Assembly: GCF_000169335.1 (NCBI RefSeq) | Contig: NZ_AAXW01000058.1 | Location: 1-26,861 of the forward strand | From: Crocosphaera chwakensis CCY0110 | Lineage (GTDB): Bacteria; Cyanobacteriota; Cyanobacteriia; Cyanobacteriales; Microcystaceae | Length of the DNA: 26,861 bases | Direction of reading: 5' to 3' | Shown here: one piece after another, positions 8,475 through 19,193 of the stretch | How positions within the stretch are numbered: position 1 is the stretch's first letter | Layout: each line of letters starts with the position of its first letter | Program-made: the position numbers and the translations under genes | Notes under the pieces: generated by a model | Databases searched by the model: none | Told to the model about the DNA's origin: nothing | The model's input: the letters and a program-made list of their open reading frames with translations, nothing else

Positions 8475-8882
8475 GTGATGGGCATTCTTATGGATGGGTT
8501 ACAACAACAAATTAATGAACTTAATCAAAAAGTTACGCAACTCCATCATATTGTTGAAAAGCTTAGCTTACAGATGGGGACATCTCACCTTCACAGCGAG
8601 GCAGTGGTTAACGAAAAATCACATAACCAATCCCCCTCTATAGCCAATGTTTCTACTTCGGTTCCTCCGAATACACAGAGAAACAGCCATTATCAATCCG
8701 TGATGGAGCATAAAGACATTTTACTCGATGATAGTGAAAGTCACACCTTAATCGCTCCTGAAGAAGAACCTTTATTAACCACCGATCTTCAGGTGAGACG
8801 ATTAACCGCACAACTAACGGCAGCTTATAATCGTATCGCTGCCTTAGAAGAGCAATTATTAGCTTGTCGCATGATGCCTTGA
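8475..8882 (+). CDS. Hypothetical coiled-coil protein
   Basis: 135-aa ORF with heptad-like helices at both ends (QQQINELNQKVTQLHHIVEKL; LTAQLTAAYNRIAALEEQLL). Start is uncertain (GTG 8475, ATG 8478 or ATG 8490). No recognisable family. Confidence 0.45.
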   Translation: MMGILMDGLQQQINELNQKVTQLHHIVEKLSLQMGTSHLHSEAVVNEKSHNQSPSIANVSTSVPPNTQRNSHYQSVMEHKDILLDDSESHTLIAPEEEPLLTTDLQVRRLTAQLTAAYNRIAALEEQLLACRMMP

Positions 8883-8964
8883 CAGGGCAAAGTGACGAGA
8901 CAGAAGGGGCGTAAAAGCCGTTACAGAATCAGCCTCTGATGACATTAAGTTTTTCTGTTAAGGG

Positions 8965-9645
8965 TTAATTATTAGGCGTAGTGGTTTGAGGAATAGGTGA
9001 CCCATTGGGTTGAGACGGAAGTGCAGGATTAGTCGGATAATTACCTAGCCCGTTAGCAGGATTATTAGGATTGTTAGGCATAGTCGAAGGAAAATTATTA
9101 GGATAGCCTCCAGGTAAGCCATTTTGGGATGGTATTGGGCTTAAGCTCGGATCATTCCAGGTACTGCTGGCTTCATTTTCCCCAGGCAAGGTGGCTAAGG
9201 CAACGCGATCGCCCCCAACTTCTCGTAACATATCTAGAAGTTCAATCACCTCGTTATAAGTGGCATTTCTAGAAGCATGAAGTACCATTAAACCTTCAGG
9301 ATTCAATTGATGATAGCTCTTAATCTGATTAAATAATTGATTACGAGTCACCAATTGTTTTTCTACATACACTTGGCCAAAATCATCGAGACTCACCACC
9401 AACATCTCTCGCATTTGGGGGGTGCCTGATGCTGCTCTGGGTAAATCTAAACTAATGGCTTGCTGACGAGATAAACCCACAGCCCCAAGGATAAAGAAGG
9501 TCAAAATACAAAAGATCACATCGATCATGGGTAAAATTTCGATGCGAACTTCTTGCTGCCCTGAAGAATCTTGCCACAATCTAAGCGGACGGGAATGAAT
9601 CGAAGAATTACGGGATTTCTTATTAGAGGTTTTACTAACAGTCAT
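8965..9645 (-). CDS. exbD: ExbD/TolR family biopolymer transport protein with P/N-rich C-terminal extension
   Basis: 226 aa. Single TM with ILPMIDVIFCILTFFIL (conserved Asp). ExbD-type periplasmic domain (LVVSLD...VYV...LHASRNATYNEVIELLDMLREVG). Located directly downstream of the exbB-like gene. Confidence 0.8.
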   Translation of the reverse strand: MTVSKTSNKKSRNSSIHSRPLRLWQDSSGQQEVRIEILPMIDVIFCILTFFILGAVGLSRQQAISLDLPRAASGTPQMREMLVVSLDDFGQVYVEKQLVTRNQLFNQIKSYHQLNPEGLMVLHASRNATYNEVIELLDMLREVGGDRVALATLPGENEASSTWNDPSLSPIPSQNGLPGGYPNNFPSTMPNNPNNPANGLGNYPTNPALPSQPNGSPIPQTTTPNN

Positions 9646-9679
9646 AGGTCAATATTTAAGAAAATGAGTATATTCGTGC

Positions 9680-10369
9680 TTATTGCTCAAAAGTCTCTGT
9701 AAACTTTGAAGGAGTATTGCCAGAGAAAGCAGAGGGATTTCCTTCGCTGTCTGACCAGCGTTGACGATAAATTACTTCTAACTCACTGCCGGCTTTACGA
9801 AAAACCCTTACCTGATTAGACCAAAGGGACTGAAAAATCCGATAAAAGGTCAAACTGATAATGGCAACAATCAATCCTGTCGCAGTTGAAATGAGGGCTT
9901 CCCCGATACCCAGGGTAACACCTGTGGTTGAGGAAGTGCCGAGATCACTGATTTGGATATTGCCTAAAGAGGTAATCAGTCCTAAAACTGTCCCCAGTAA
10001 TCCCAATAAGGGAGATAAAGCAATCACTGCTTCTAGTACCTTATCCCCTCGTCTCATCAAAGCTAGTTCATCATCAGCTGATGATTCTAGGGCTAAATGG
10101 AAAACCTCTGGATCAGGATTATCTAATCTCAGAGGCCCATAGAGAAAATTACCGATGGGATGTTTACTATGCTCTTTGGCTACCTTGGGGGCAGCATCCC
10201 AGTTACGAGCAGCGGTTTCTAGGACTCGATTTAAAATTTTTCCTTCTTTGAGCAGAAATCGTATCCAAAATATAGAACGTTCAATAATGGTGCTTAAAGC
10301 TAATACAGACAAAATCAGAAGCGGCCACATAGCCACCCCGCCTTTTGTCATAATTTCTTGGATATTCAC
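9680..10369 (-). CDS. exbB: MotA/TolQ/ExbB proton-channel family protein
   Basis: 229 aa with three TM segments. Signature [15 protein letters not shown]...[20 protein letters not shown] start preceded by GGAGG. Confidence 0.8.
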   Translation of the reverse strand: MNIQEIMTKGGVAMWPLLILSVLALSTIIERSIFWIRFLLKEGKILNRVLETAARNWDAAPKVAKEHSKHPIGNFLYGPLRLDNPDPEVFHLALESSADDELALMRRGDKVLEAVIALSPLLGLLGTVLGLITSLGNIQISDLGTSSTTGVTLGIGEALISTATGLIVAIISLTFYRIFQSLWSNQVRVFRKAGSELEVIYRQRWSDSEGNPSAFSGNTPSKFTETFEQ

Positions 10370-10604
10370 AGTTTTGATTAACCTCCGTTGCTGATCCCCA
10401 TCGATAGACAGATTAACAGTTGTAATGATTTATTTACAATTTATTAGACTCATGTTTAGCAATCAATTATATCCTCAAAGAAGGAAACATTGTTTAGCCA
10501 CAAAAACAAAACTCACACAAATTATTACATAAGTGTTTATGCTGAGACACATTCGAGTTTTAAAGCTAACCACAGTGAACATTGCCGTATTGTAAATAGG
10601 ATGG

Positions 10605-11891
10605 ATGCTGATGAGGACTCTAAAAATGACGAAGGCCACGGTCGGCGTTCTTTCTATCTGTTGTTTGAGTGGTTTAATTGCTCTGTCAAAAACATACTTT
10701 TCTAGTATTTTTACCGACGTGAGAGGGTTACACGAAGTTTCCCCCAGAATGATTTTTCCTCAACCCACTCTACAAGAGAAACAGTTAGTGGATGCACAAG
10801 TGGAATTTGGCTTTAAGTTATTCTCTACTTTAACGAAAAATCAAAAACCCCAAAATATCTTTATCTCTCCTACCAGTATCGCGCTTACTCTATCTATGCT
10901 TTACAATGGGGCAACAGGAACCACTCAAAAAGAAATTGCTAGGGGTCTCAGCTTTCATGATATTAGTGTCGATACCCTCAACCGTGGCAATCAAATGCTA
11001 CAACATGACTTAAATAGTCATCCTTCCTATGGTTCTTTGGCTATTACTCATTCTCTTTGGGCTAGAGAAGGGTTTTCTTTTCGTTACCAATTTCTCAAAG
11101 ATAGTCGTAGTTATTATCAAGCTCAAATAACCAATTTAGACTTTGCTAGCTCTGAAGCACAAGGCATCATGAACCGTTGGATAACGGAGGAGACTCAAGG
11201 AGAGATTCAGACCATAGTCGATTCTACTCAGGCTGATGATGTTCTTTTTCTCATTAACACTGCTTCTTTTCAAGGATTCTGGAAAACTGGCTTTGATAGA
11301 AATTTAATCAAAGATAAACCTTTTTATATAACCGATACATCGGTTAAAATTTTCCCTTTTATGTCTCGAGAAGGAATTTATAATTTCCTAGAAACACCTC
11401 AATTAAAAGCCATAGAACTTCCCTACGACAATGATCGTTTTAGTTTATATTTATTTTTGCCAAAACCTGAATATAATTTATCTAAAATGGTAGAAAAGTT
11501 AACTGCTGAAAAGTTATCCAAACTATTATCTAAATTTCGGAAAACTCAAGCTTTATTAGAATTACCTCGCTTTAGGTTAAATTATGAGGTGGATTTAACT
11601 GAATCCTTAAAAAGCTTAGGATTTTCAACGATGTTTGATCCGGCTAAAGCAGAATTTTCGGAGTTAAGTTCTCACCCTACTTATGTCAACGGGCTCAAAC
11701 ATCAAACTCTTTTAGTTCTTGATGAACAAGGAATTAAACCTGCTACCCCAAACAATTTTGTTGTTGAAACAGCATCAGTTGATAATGTCGTAGAAAAATC
11801 ATCTTTTATTGTTGATCGCCCTTTCTTCTCTATTATCCGAGATAATCAAACAGGAAATATTTTGTTTATGGGAGTGATTGTCGAACCTTAA
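10605..11891 (+). CDS. Serpin-family protein (bacterial serpin) with signal/lipoprotein-like N-terminus
   Basis: 428 aa. Serpin motifs NIFISPTSIALTLSMLYNGATGTT and NRWITEETQGEI. C-terminal signature FIVDRPFFSIIRDNQTGNILFMGVIVEP. Start could be ATG 10605, 10611 or 10626. Confidence 0.85.
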   Translation: MLMRTLKMTKATVGVLSICCLSGLIALSKTYFSSIFTDVRGLHEVSPRMIFPQPTLQEKQLVDAQVEFGFKLFSTLTKNQKPQNIFISPTSIALTLSMLYNGATGTTQKEIARGLSFHDISVDTLNRGNQMLQHDLNSHPSYGSLAITHSLWAREGFSFRYQFLKDSRSYYQAQITNLDFASSEAQGIMNRWITEETQGEIQTIVDSTQADDVLFLINTASFQGFWKTGFDRNLIKDKPFYITDTSVKIFPFMSREGIYNFLETPQLKAIELPYDNDRFSLYLFLPKPEYNLSKMVEKLTAEKLSKLLSKFRKTQALLELPRFRLNYEVDLTESLKSLGFSTMFDPAKAEFSELSSHPTYVNGLKHQTLLVLDEQGIKPATPNNFVVETASVDNVVEKSSFIVDRPFFSIIRDNQTGNILFMGVIVEP

Positions 11892-12923
11892 AGTTTCTCT
11901 GAAATAATTAAAATTCAAGTCCGATAGTTGAATAGTTTGTATTATTTTTGGAGACATTTTCTTTAAGGATCTTCGATAAGCAGGATCGTAATGAACGATT
12001 AATAAATCTTGAACCAATTTTTTCCATTGTTTACTATCGATCCAATCATACCACTGACTCAGTTTATCCCATCCATAATAATTTTTTAAATATTGCAATT
12101 TATTTTTGAGAATTTCTGGATTTTCTGTTAAATAATGATATTCTTTTAATAAAAAATCAACTCTTCTTTCTAAAGGTAACTGAATTTCAAAACAAGAAGA
12201 TTGTTTCATTTTTTTCCATAAACTTCCTGGCAAGTAAACATTACCAATCTTATAACTTTCTGATTCTATCCAAATAGGCCGATTGAGATCAAATTTTTGA
12301 AATTCCTGTAATAATAAAGAATCAAAAAATTTTTGTGATGGTTGATTGATGATATTACCTTTCCATTGTTCTCCTAATAGTGATCCCCGATGGTTAGCAA
12401 TGTTTTCTAAGTCTAGAACTTGATAACCTTGTTGTTTTAAACTTTGTAAAAAATAAGTTTTCCCGGTTCCTGTTAATCCACAAAGAATATTATAATCAAA
12501 TTGTAATGGTAAACTTGCTAATTCTTTGCAAACATAAGAACGATAGGTTTTATAGCCTCCTTTCAAAACAGTCACTTGCCAGCCAATTTGAGCTAACATA
12601 ACCGCTAAACTTTGGGATCTTTGTCCCCCACGCCAACAATAAACTAAGGGAGAATAACAGGGATCTTTTTCTAAAAAATGTTGATTAATTTGATCAGCAA
12701 TATTATCAAAAACTAATGAGGCTCCTAATTTTTTGGCTTCAAAGGCAGAAACTTGTTTATAAATGGTTCCAATCTTTTTTCGTTCTTCATTATGAAGTAC
12801 AGGTAAATTAATTGCTCCAGGAATATGATCTTCAGCGAACTCATTTTCTGATCTAACGTCTATGATTTCACTAGGATGTTCTAATAAAGGAAACTGAGTA
12901 AACTTTGGTATTTTTAAAGTCAT
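11799..12923 (-). CDS. selU: tRNA 2-selenouridine synthase (SelU/MnmH/YbbB)
   Basis: 374 aa. N-terminal rhodanese domain with active-site loop YCWRGGQRS. P-loop GLTGTGKT. Length and domain order are as in E. coli YbbB. Confidence 0.85.
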   Translation of the reverse strand: MTLKIPKFTQFPLLEHPSEIIDVRSENEFAEDHIPGAINLPVLHNEERKKIGTIYKQVSAFEAKKLGASLVFDNIADQINQHFLEKDPCYSPLVYCWRGGQRSQSLAVMLAQIGWQVTVLKGGYKTYRSYVCKELASLPLQFDYNILCGLTGTGKTYFLQSLKQQGYQVLDLENIANHRGSLLGEQWKGNIINQPSQKFFDSLLLQEFQKFDLNRPIWIESESYKIGNVYLPGSLWKKMKQSSCFEIQLPLERRVDFLLKEYHYLTENPEILKNKLQYLKNYYGWDKLSQWYDWIDSKQWKKLVQDLLIVHYDPAYRRSLKKMSPKIIQTIQLSDLNFNYFRETLRFDNHSHKQNISCLIISDNREERAINNKR

Positions 12924-13258
12924 TGTTTATCTTATCGCTTCTCTCATTCTACCTTAAAATAATACTATTATCATCAAATTATTTTCATAGGTTTACTCTT
13001 TGCCATCTCTCTATCGGGATAATTATATTTTTTATTGTTATATTAATTAATACAAAATATATTTTTTTGTACTTAAAAATTTTTCTTTAAGGTGTTTAAG
13101 TTAAAAGCAAGTAATAATATAGTTAACTAAAAGTTAAGCAAAATAAATATTAAAATAAACTTTATTTTCTTGATTATCATTAAACATCTAAGTTAAGATA
13201 TCCGACGTTTGAAAACTGAAAAATTAGCCCTAACAATTAATTCATTTTGGAGATTATA

Positions 13259-14674
13259 ATGACCCTAAAATCTAATTTACTTAAAATCTTTTTTGGCGTT
13301 TGTCTTGCTACAAACATAACTCAAGTAGCCAGCGCACAAAATTATAAATTGACAAATTATGATTTTAATAATAGACCCAGTTTAGGACAAGTTCTTAATG
13401 AAAATGGCGAGTTGACTGATATTTTTCTAGGGGGACTTTCTGGCTTATATTTTGAAAGATTTAATGGTAATAATTTACAGTTTATTACCCATCCTGATCG
13501 CGGATCAATTCCCTTCCCTTTTCCTGATTTGCAGCCTGAGATTATTCGTTTTGAATTAGATACAACCAGCAATAATATTACAATTACAGACCGAATTAAT
13601 TTATTTCAATCTGATGGAACAACCCCTTTATCCGTACGTCCGAATTTACAAGCAGGAGAACAAGGAACCGCTTACACGGATCAATTTGGAGTAGATTTAT
13701 TCGGTAATTCAGTTTCTAATGATCCGTTAGGTGCAGACTTAGAAGGGATTGTTATTGATGAGCGTGATAATAGTTTTTGGATGGTGGATGAATATCGACC
13801 GGCAATCTATCATTTTAATCCTTCAGGAACCCTATTAAATCGTTTTGTTCCTATGGGGACAGCAGCAGCAGGAAATGAACCATTAGGAATCTTTGGAACA
13901 GAGATTATTCCTTCAGTTTATGCTCAAAGAAGAGCTAATCGAGGGTTTGAAGCAATTGCATTAAATCAAGATACTAATTCATTATATGCTTTCATTCAAA
14001 GTCCTATTGATAATCCCGATAATACAGGGGATACAACCTCAAGAAATAGTGATATTTTGCGTATCTTAGAACTGGATATTAGTAACCCTACAAATCCTTT
14101 AGTTAGTGGCCAATTTGTCTACTTACTCAATAATGATTTATATGACACTAACGTAGACAAAATTGGGGATGCTGTTTGGTTAGAAGATAATCGTTTTGCT
14201 GTGATTCAACGAGATTCTGATCTTGGTTTAGATGCTAATAAATTAGTGTTTGAAATTGATTTATCTGAAGCTACTAATTTAGAGACAGATGTTTTTAATT
14301 TACTACCGAATCAAACTTTAGAAGAACATACAGCAGAAGAGTTAGAAACAGCAGGAATTATTCCTGTTGATAAAACCTTCTTATTTAATTTACCCGACTT
14401 GGGTTATTTAGCAGGAGATAAACCAGAAGGGTTAGCTTTAATTCCTGGAAAACGACCTAGTTTTGTTGTTATTAATGATAACGATTATGGGTTATTAGAT
14501 GACGAAATTTCTGGCGATGGTCAACAAAATTTTAATCCCAATCCTATTCCTGTGGTAGTAGGTGTTATTACCCCAGTTCCTGAACCTTCTAATCATGCTT
14601 TATTAGGAACTGTTTTATTGCTAGGAATAGGTTCAATATTTCGTCGCTATGTCGATGTAGTTAGACGGGGTTAA
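13259..14674 (+). CDS. Phytase-like esterase family secreted protein with PEP-CTERM sorting signal
   Basis: ATG 13259 is preferred over TTG 13247, because GGAG at 13249-13252 overlaps the TTG. Signal peptide present. Motifs RGFEAIAL and DKPEGLALI. C-terminal VPEPS, hydrophobic helix (ALLGTVLLLGIGSIF) and RR correspond to PEP-CTERM. Confidence 0.7.
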   Translation: MTLKSNLLKIFFGVCLATNITQVASAQNYKLTNYDFNNRPSLGQVLNENGELTDIFLGGLSGLYFERFNGNNLQFITHPDRGSIPFPFPDLQPEIIRFELDTTSNNITITDRINLFQSDGTTPLSVRPNLQAGEQGTAYTDQFGVDLFGNSVSNDPLGADLEGIVIDERDNSFWMVDEYRPAIYHFNPSGTLLNRFVPMGTAAAGNEPLGIFGTEIIPSVYAQRRANRGFEAIALNQDTNSLYAFIQSPIDNPDNTGDTTSRNSDILRILELDISNPTNPLVSGQFVYLLNNDLYDTNVDKIGDAVWLEDNRFAVIQRDSDLGLDANKLVFEIDLSEATNLETDVFNLLPNQTLEEHTAEELETAGIIPVDKTFLFNLPDLGYLAGDKPEGLALIPGKRPSFVVINDNDYGLLDDEISGDGQQNFNPNPIPVVVGVITPVPEPSNHALLGTVLLLGIGSIFRRYVDVVRRG

Positions 14675-15833
14675 TTAGATGTTTTAATCCTTGCACTAAT
14701 CTTTCAATTCCTATGGTTGCTGTTTCCTGTTGTAGCGCACCATAAGCAATACGTAAATAGCAACCTTTTTTTATTCCGAATGTTTCCCCTGGTAGTACAG
14801 CTATGTTATAAGTTTCAATTAGCTTTTTCACTAATTCAAAATCCTTCATATCGGTATTAATTCTTAAGAAAAAGTAAAAGGCTCCTTGACTGGGGACTAA
14901 GGTACAAATATCTTGGAGTGGTTGAAGATGATTAATAAAAATATTTCTAACTTTATCAATTTCTCCTATGTATTTTTTATAGTAATTTTTCCCAACAGTT
15001 AAAGCTCCTAATGCTGCATATTGAGAGATGACAGGAGGACAAATCAAAATGGTATCTTGAATCTTTTTTACTGCTTCTAATAAATGGTTAGGAATGACCA
15101 TATATCCAATTCTCCAACTAGCAAATCCATAAGCTTTGGATAAACTATATAAGGAGATAGTATAGGAATCACTATCTATAATTGAAGCAGGAGAAAAATG
15201 TTTAATTCCATCGTAAGTAAAATATTCATAAGCTTCGTCAGAAATATGGTAAATACCTTTTTCTTGACAAAGTTGATTAACTTCTTTCAAACTTGACTCA
15301 GAATAAACCACACCAGTAGGATTATTAGGAGAAATGGTAACAATAGCACGAGTTCTAGGAGTAATTGCTGCTTTTATTTTATCTAAACAAAGTTGATAGT
15401 TATCATCAGTTTTTACTAAAATAGGGTGACAACTAGCCATTGTAATTGCCATTTCATGGTTAAAATAATAAGGAGTATTAAGTATAATTTCGTCTCCAGC
15501 ATTGGTAATGGCTAAAATAGCATTCATAAACGCCATATTTGACCCAGCGGTTACCACGATAGAACGATTATTATTAATATTTATCTGATTATCTTCTTGT
15601 AATTTTGTGACAATTTGCTTCAGTAAGGGATCAATACCTCGAACCGATTTATACTGATGATTAGCAGGATGATTTAAAAATTGACTAATCTTTTCAATTG
15701 CTTCTTGAGGAGGTGGATAAAAGACGACTCCTTGTCCTAAGGAAATAGTACCAGAATTTTCCCTTATCAACTGCCCTATTATGGGTATTATAGGAGATTG
15801 TACCCTATTCATTCTTGAATTGAAATGGTTCAT
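14661..15833 (-). CDS. PLP-dependent aminotransferase, class I/II (aspartate/aromatic type)
   Basis: 390 aa. Motifs NPNNPTG and SLSKAYGFASWRIGY (PLP lysine), plus C-terminal YLRIAYG. Overlaps the 3' end of the convergent gene by 14 nt. Confidence 0.85.
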   Translation of the reverse strand: MNHFNSRMNRVQSPIIPIIGQLIRENSGTISLGQGVVFYPPPQEAIEKISQFLNHPANHQYKSVRGIDPLLKQIVTKLQEDNQININNNRSIVVTAGSNMAFMNAILAITNAGDEIILNTPYYFNHEMAITMASCHPILVKTDDNYQLCLDKIKAAITPRTRAIVTISPNNPTGVVYSESSLKEVNQLCQEKGIYHISDEAYEYFTYDGIKHFSPASIIDSDSYTISLYSLSKAYGFASWRIGYMVIPNHLLEAVKKIQDTILICPPVISQYAALGALTVGKNYYKKYIGEIDKVRNIFINHLQPLQDICTLVPSQGAFYFFLRINTDMKDFELVKKLIETYNIAVLPGETFGIKKGCYLRIAYGALQQETATIGIERLVQGLKHLINPV

Positions 15834-16045
15834 TGATTGCCTTTATTTTTACTGATACGAGTGGTGCTTGTCTATAACATTAATCTTAATTATTTTAATA
15901 GCTATCATAGTTTGCTGACAATGAAAAGCATCAAATAACTTAAGAAAAAATTTATTAAATAAATATTATTAATTTTGTTGATTTAGATAAAATTAAATAT
16001 AATAAAAGTTAGTAGAAAATTGACTAAATAGCAAAAGGATAAATC

Positions 16046-16282
16046 ATGGATAAAGACACCCAATTTGCTTTATTGGTAATAGGATTACCCTTAGTTGGCT
16101 TAATGTATTGTGGATTAATTATTGCCTTTTTAATGAATAATCCTTTTGGTCGAGAACATCCCTTAATTACAGGATTTGTGGTGATGGTTGTTCCTTTTTC
16201 CACCGCAGCTACAATCTGGATTAAAGCCTCAGCTAAAGCCTATAAAGCACATGAATTAAGAAACCATCCCAATAAGGAATAA
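16046..16282 (+). CDS. Small hypothetical two-TM membrane protein
   Basis: 78-aa ORF with two hydrophobic helices. AAGGA lies about 7 nt upstream of the ATG. No family recognised. Confidence 0.4.
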   Translation: MDKDTQFALLVIGLPLVGLMYCGLIIAFLMNNPFGREHPLITGFVVMVVPFSTAATIWIKASAKAYKAHELRNHPNKE

Positions 16283-16307
16283 TAGAAAATAGTGATAATT
16301 GACTTTA

Positions 16308-17468
16308 TTAACGTACTTTTTGTTCAAGTAACTTATTAAAATCCATCCCCACCGCTTCAGAAATATGGGACAATTTATACTTGTTTAATTTCTTAACTAA
16401 TCCTTGGTTAATATTAGTAATACACCAAGGACCCTGATAAATCCAACCTGTATATAATTGTAATAAACTCGCTCCTGCGGTAATTTTTTCCCAAGCATCT
16501 TCCGCCGTAAAAATACCACCAACCCCAATAATAGGTAACGTTCCTTGGGTTTGTTCGTAAATAAAACGAATCACTTCCGTTGATCTTTTCCGAATCGGTT
16601 GGCCACTAATTCCTCCCGCCTCTTCTTGAATAGGATTGCCCGTTTTTTCGAGAATATTGGTTTTTAATCCTTCCCGTTTAATGGTGGTATTGGTAGCAAT
16701 AATTCCAGCTAATTCGTAAGTTTTAGCCAACTTAATAATTAACTTAATGGCTTCCCAATTTAAGTCCGGGGAAATCTTAACCAAAATAGGTTTTTTCCCT
16801 TGGTTAACTGATTGTAATTCGTGTAAAATAACATTGAGTTGTTCTCCTTCTTGTAGCGATCGCAGTCCAGGGGTATTAGGAGAACTAACATTAACCACAA
16901 AATAATCTGCATCTTTCTCAAGATAACGAAAACTACCCACATAGTCCATTGCTGCTTGATCTAAAGGGGTACTCTTCGACTTACATAAATTAATACCGAT
17001 AGGAATTTGACGAGGTTGCCGTTGCCAAGCTTTCTGTAACGTTTGGGCAACCTGCTGGGCCCCTTGATTATTTGCACCTAAACGGTTTAAAGCAGCTTGA
17101 TCCTGGGGTAAACGGAATAAACGAGGTTTTGGATTCCCAGGTTGAGCATGAAGGGTTACAGCCCCAATTTCAGCGAATCCAAAGCCCATATGACTCCAGA
17201 TACCAGATGCCAAACCATCCTTATCACACCCAGCAGCCAACCCCACAGGAGTTTTAAAGGTTAATCCCCATAAATTTTGCTGTAAACGGCTATCCTCAAA
17301 GGTGAAAGAATGATCTAAATTCCCTAATATCCACTTTCCCCATACAGTGTGGCGATTTTCGTCAAGACGGTGAAGGGTTTTCAGAAGTTGATGATGGGCA
17401 TTTTCTGGGTTATTTTTAGCTGCTGCTAGGACAAGGGGATAAAAAGGTTGGGCAAAATTAAACATCAT
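16308..17468 (-). CDS. pyrD: Quinone-dependent dihydroorotate dehydrogenase (class 2)
   Basis: 386 aa. Motifs [44 protein letters not shown] and GVGGI. Confidence 0.9.
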   Translation of the reverse strand: MMFNFAQPFYPLVLAAAKNNPENAHHQLLKTLHRLDENRHTVWGKWILGNLDHSFTFEDSRLQQNLWGLTFKTPVGLAAGCDKDGLASGIWSHMGFGFAEIGAVTLHAQPGNPKPRLFRLPQDQAALNRLGANNQGAQQVAQTLQKAWQRQPRQIPIGINLCKSKSTPLDQAAMDYVGSFRYLEKDADYFVVNVSSPNTPGLRSLQEGEQLNVILHELQSVNQGKKPILVKISPDLNWEAIKLIIKLAKTYELAGIIATNTTIKREGLKTNILEKTGNPIQEEAGGISGQPIRKRSTEVIRFIYEQTQGTLPIIGVGGIFTAEDAWEKITAGASLLQLYTGWIYQGPWCITNINQGLVKKLNKYKLSHISEAVGMDFNKLLEQKVR

Positions 17469-17682
17469 ATCTAAGGGAGTTGGAAGTTCAGGATTATTCC
17501 CTTTCTTTAAATTTAGGTTATATCTAGTTTAGGAGAATAAACCCAGAATCAGCATAACGCTATATTCTTACAAAAACTATTAATTAGATATTAATTTTTG
17601 ATCGTGAGGAGTAAATAGTTATATATTAGTTCATACTTTTCTTTTACACTAATTATTATCAATATCAATAAATATTTCTTAC

Positions 17683-18414
17683 TTATTCTAGTCCGCCATA
17701 ATTTTTTAGAACTTTAGCAACATTTTGATATCCTTTTTCTAACGCAAGTGTTAGAGAAGTTTTACCATTCAGCATACGAGCATTAACTTCTGCTCCATAT
17801 TGAAGTAAATACAAAACGACTTCTTCTCGTTCTATCCAAGAATTTGATGCCGAGTGTAAAGGAGTAGCTTTATTATTTGCTTTTGCATTAATATCCACTC
17901 CTTGTTCAAGCAATAATTTTATAATATCTTGATGACCATGACTTGCAGCCCAATGTAAAGTAGTATGTCCTTTTAGAGTTTTAGCATGAATATCTGCTCC
18001 ATATTGAATTAATAATCTTACAATTTTGCTTTTACCACTTATTACTGCACCATACATAGGCGAAATTCCTTCCTTATTTTTAGCATTAACATCTATTCCC
18101 TTTTCGAGCAAAAACTCGACTAACTTTTGATTCCTAGATATTGCTGCATGGTATAAAAAATTTGCCCCTTCAGTATCCTTAATATTAATATCAACACCTT
18201 GTTTGAGATATTTTTTGATAGTAGTAATATCTCCATTAATAGCTGCTTCATGTCTTCTATTTATGTAAATCGGTAGTATACTTGGAGCAGAAATAGTTAT
18301 CAAGCCAAACAACCACAAAAAATAGTAAAGCTTATTACCCGAATAGCTTTTGAAGGTTAAAGTAATAAAACAAATAAAAAGTATAAAAGCGAGTGACCGC
18401 GTAAAAAATAACAT
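17683..18414 (-). CDS. Ankyrin-repeat protein with N-terminal membrane anchors
   Basis: 243 aa. Two N-terminal hydrophobic helices, then about 5 ANK repeats (G.T.LH.A...GH..IIKLLLEQGVDINAK and similar). Confidence 0.85.
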   Translation of the reverse strand: MLFFTRSLAFILFICFITLTFKSYSGNKLYYFLWLFGLITISAPSILPIYINRRHEAAINGDITTIKKYLKQGVDINIKDTEGANFLYHAAISRNQKLVEFLLEKGIDVNAKNKEGISPMYGAVISGKSKIVRLLIQYGADIHAKTLKGHTTLHWAASHGHQDIIKLLLEQGVDINAKANNKATPLHSASNSWIEREEVVLYLLQYGAEVNARMLNGKTSLTLALEKGYQNVAKVLKNYGGLE

Positions 18415-18770
18415 ATAGTTGACTCGAAAAAATAAACGAATATAAAGATCGACGGACTCTTATTTAATACAAAATTACTATATTTTCAGTCTATTGGGTC
18501 AATTGGTATATTAATTAACAGTTTGGGATTATTTTAGGAGCGTCGAAGTAAAAATCTGACATAATGCGATCGCTTCTTTACATAAAAATTTAGTTTGATA
18601 ACGGGAAAATATGGGAATAATTTTCTAATTTTTACGATTTTCTAGACCATTCACATTTCTTTAACTTCAAAAAAGATTAAGCGTTCTTTAAATTTTTCTT
18701 GTTTCTGATTCCATTTTCAAGTATTGTCGTTATCATTACACACATATAACCTTACTCCATAAAAACTATC

Positions 18771-19193
18771 ATGAATCTATCCATAAGAAAGCCATATAAC
18801 TTATTGGCTTATGTAACAACTGCTACTTTTTTCTTAGGTATGACTCTAAGTTCCTCCGCATCAAATGCACCGTTGAAAAAGTATGAGAATATTAATCTCA
18901 AACAATTCAACGAATGTATAAAACCTCCCAGTTCTAATGGTTCAGAACAAGGTTGGGCTGATTACCAAGGCGAAAACCAAGGTAAAGTTGAGTTAAAAGT
19001 TAGGAATCAACCCATGATTTCTGATGGTACCGTTGCAGCCACCTTAAACTATAAATTTGAACCATCACAAGAATTATTAACCCTAGAAATCAAAGAAAAA
19101 ACCTCGTTTATGTTTGGCATGATTCAAGCATCAAACGAACAAATCTGGGAAGGATTCGACGGTTTAATTAAACAATGTCGTAGCTACAGCTAA
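18771..19193 (+). CDS. Hypothetical secreted protein
   Basis: 140-aa ORF with signal-peptide-like N-terminus (AYVTTATFFLGMTLSSSAS). No family recognised. Confidence 0.45.
   Translation: MNLSIRKPYNLLAYVTTATFFLGMTLSSSASNAPLKKYENINLKQFNECIKPPSSNGSEQGWADYQGENQGKVELKVRNQPMISDGTVAATLNYKFEPSQELLTLEIKEKTSFMFGMIQASNEQIWEGFDGLIKQCRSYS

Noticed and set aside
10490-10705. 71-aa ORF upstream of and overlapping the serpin start.
   Set aside because: TTG-initiated, no SD, and its composition looks like translated promoter or leader DNA. It overlaps the better-supported serpin signal-peptide region in another frame.
12905-13090. 61-aa ORF in the selU / phytase-like intergenic region.
   Set aside because: Its translation is almost entirely I/L/F/K/Y from an extremely AT-rich spacer. 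It overlaps the selU start and has no RBS.
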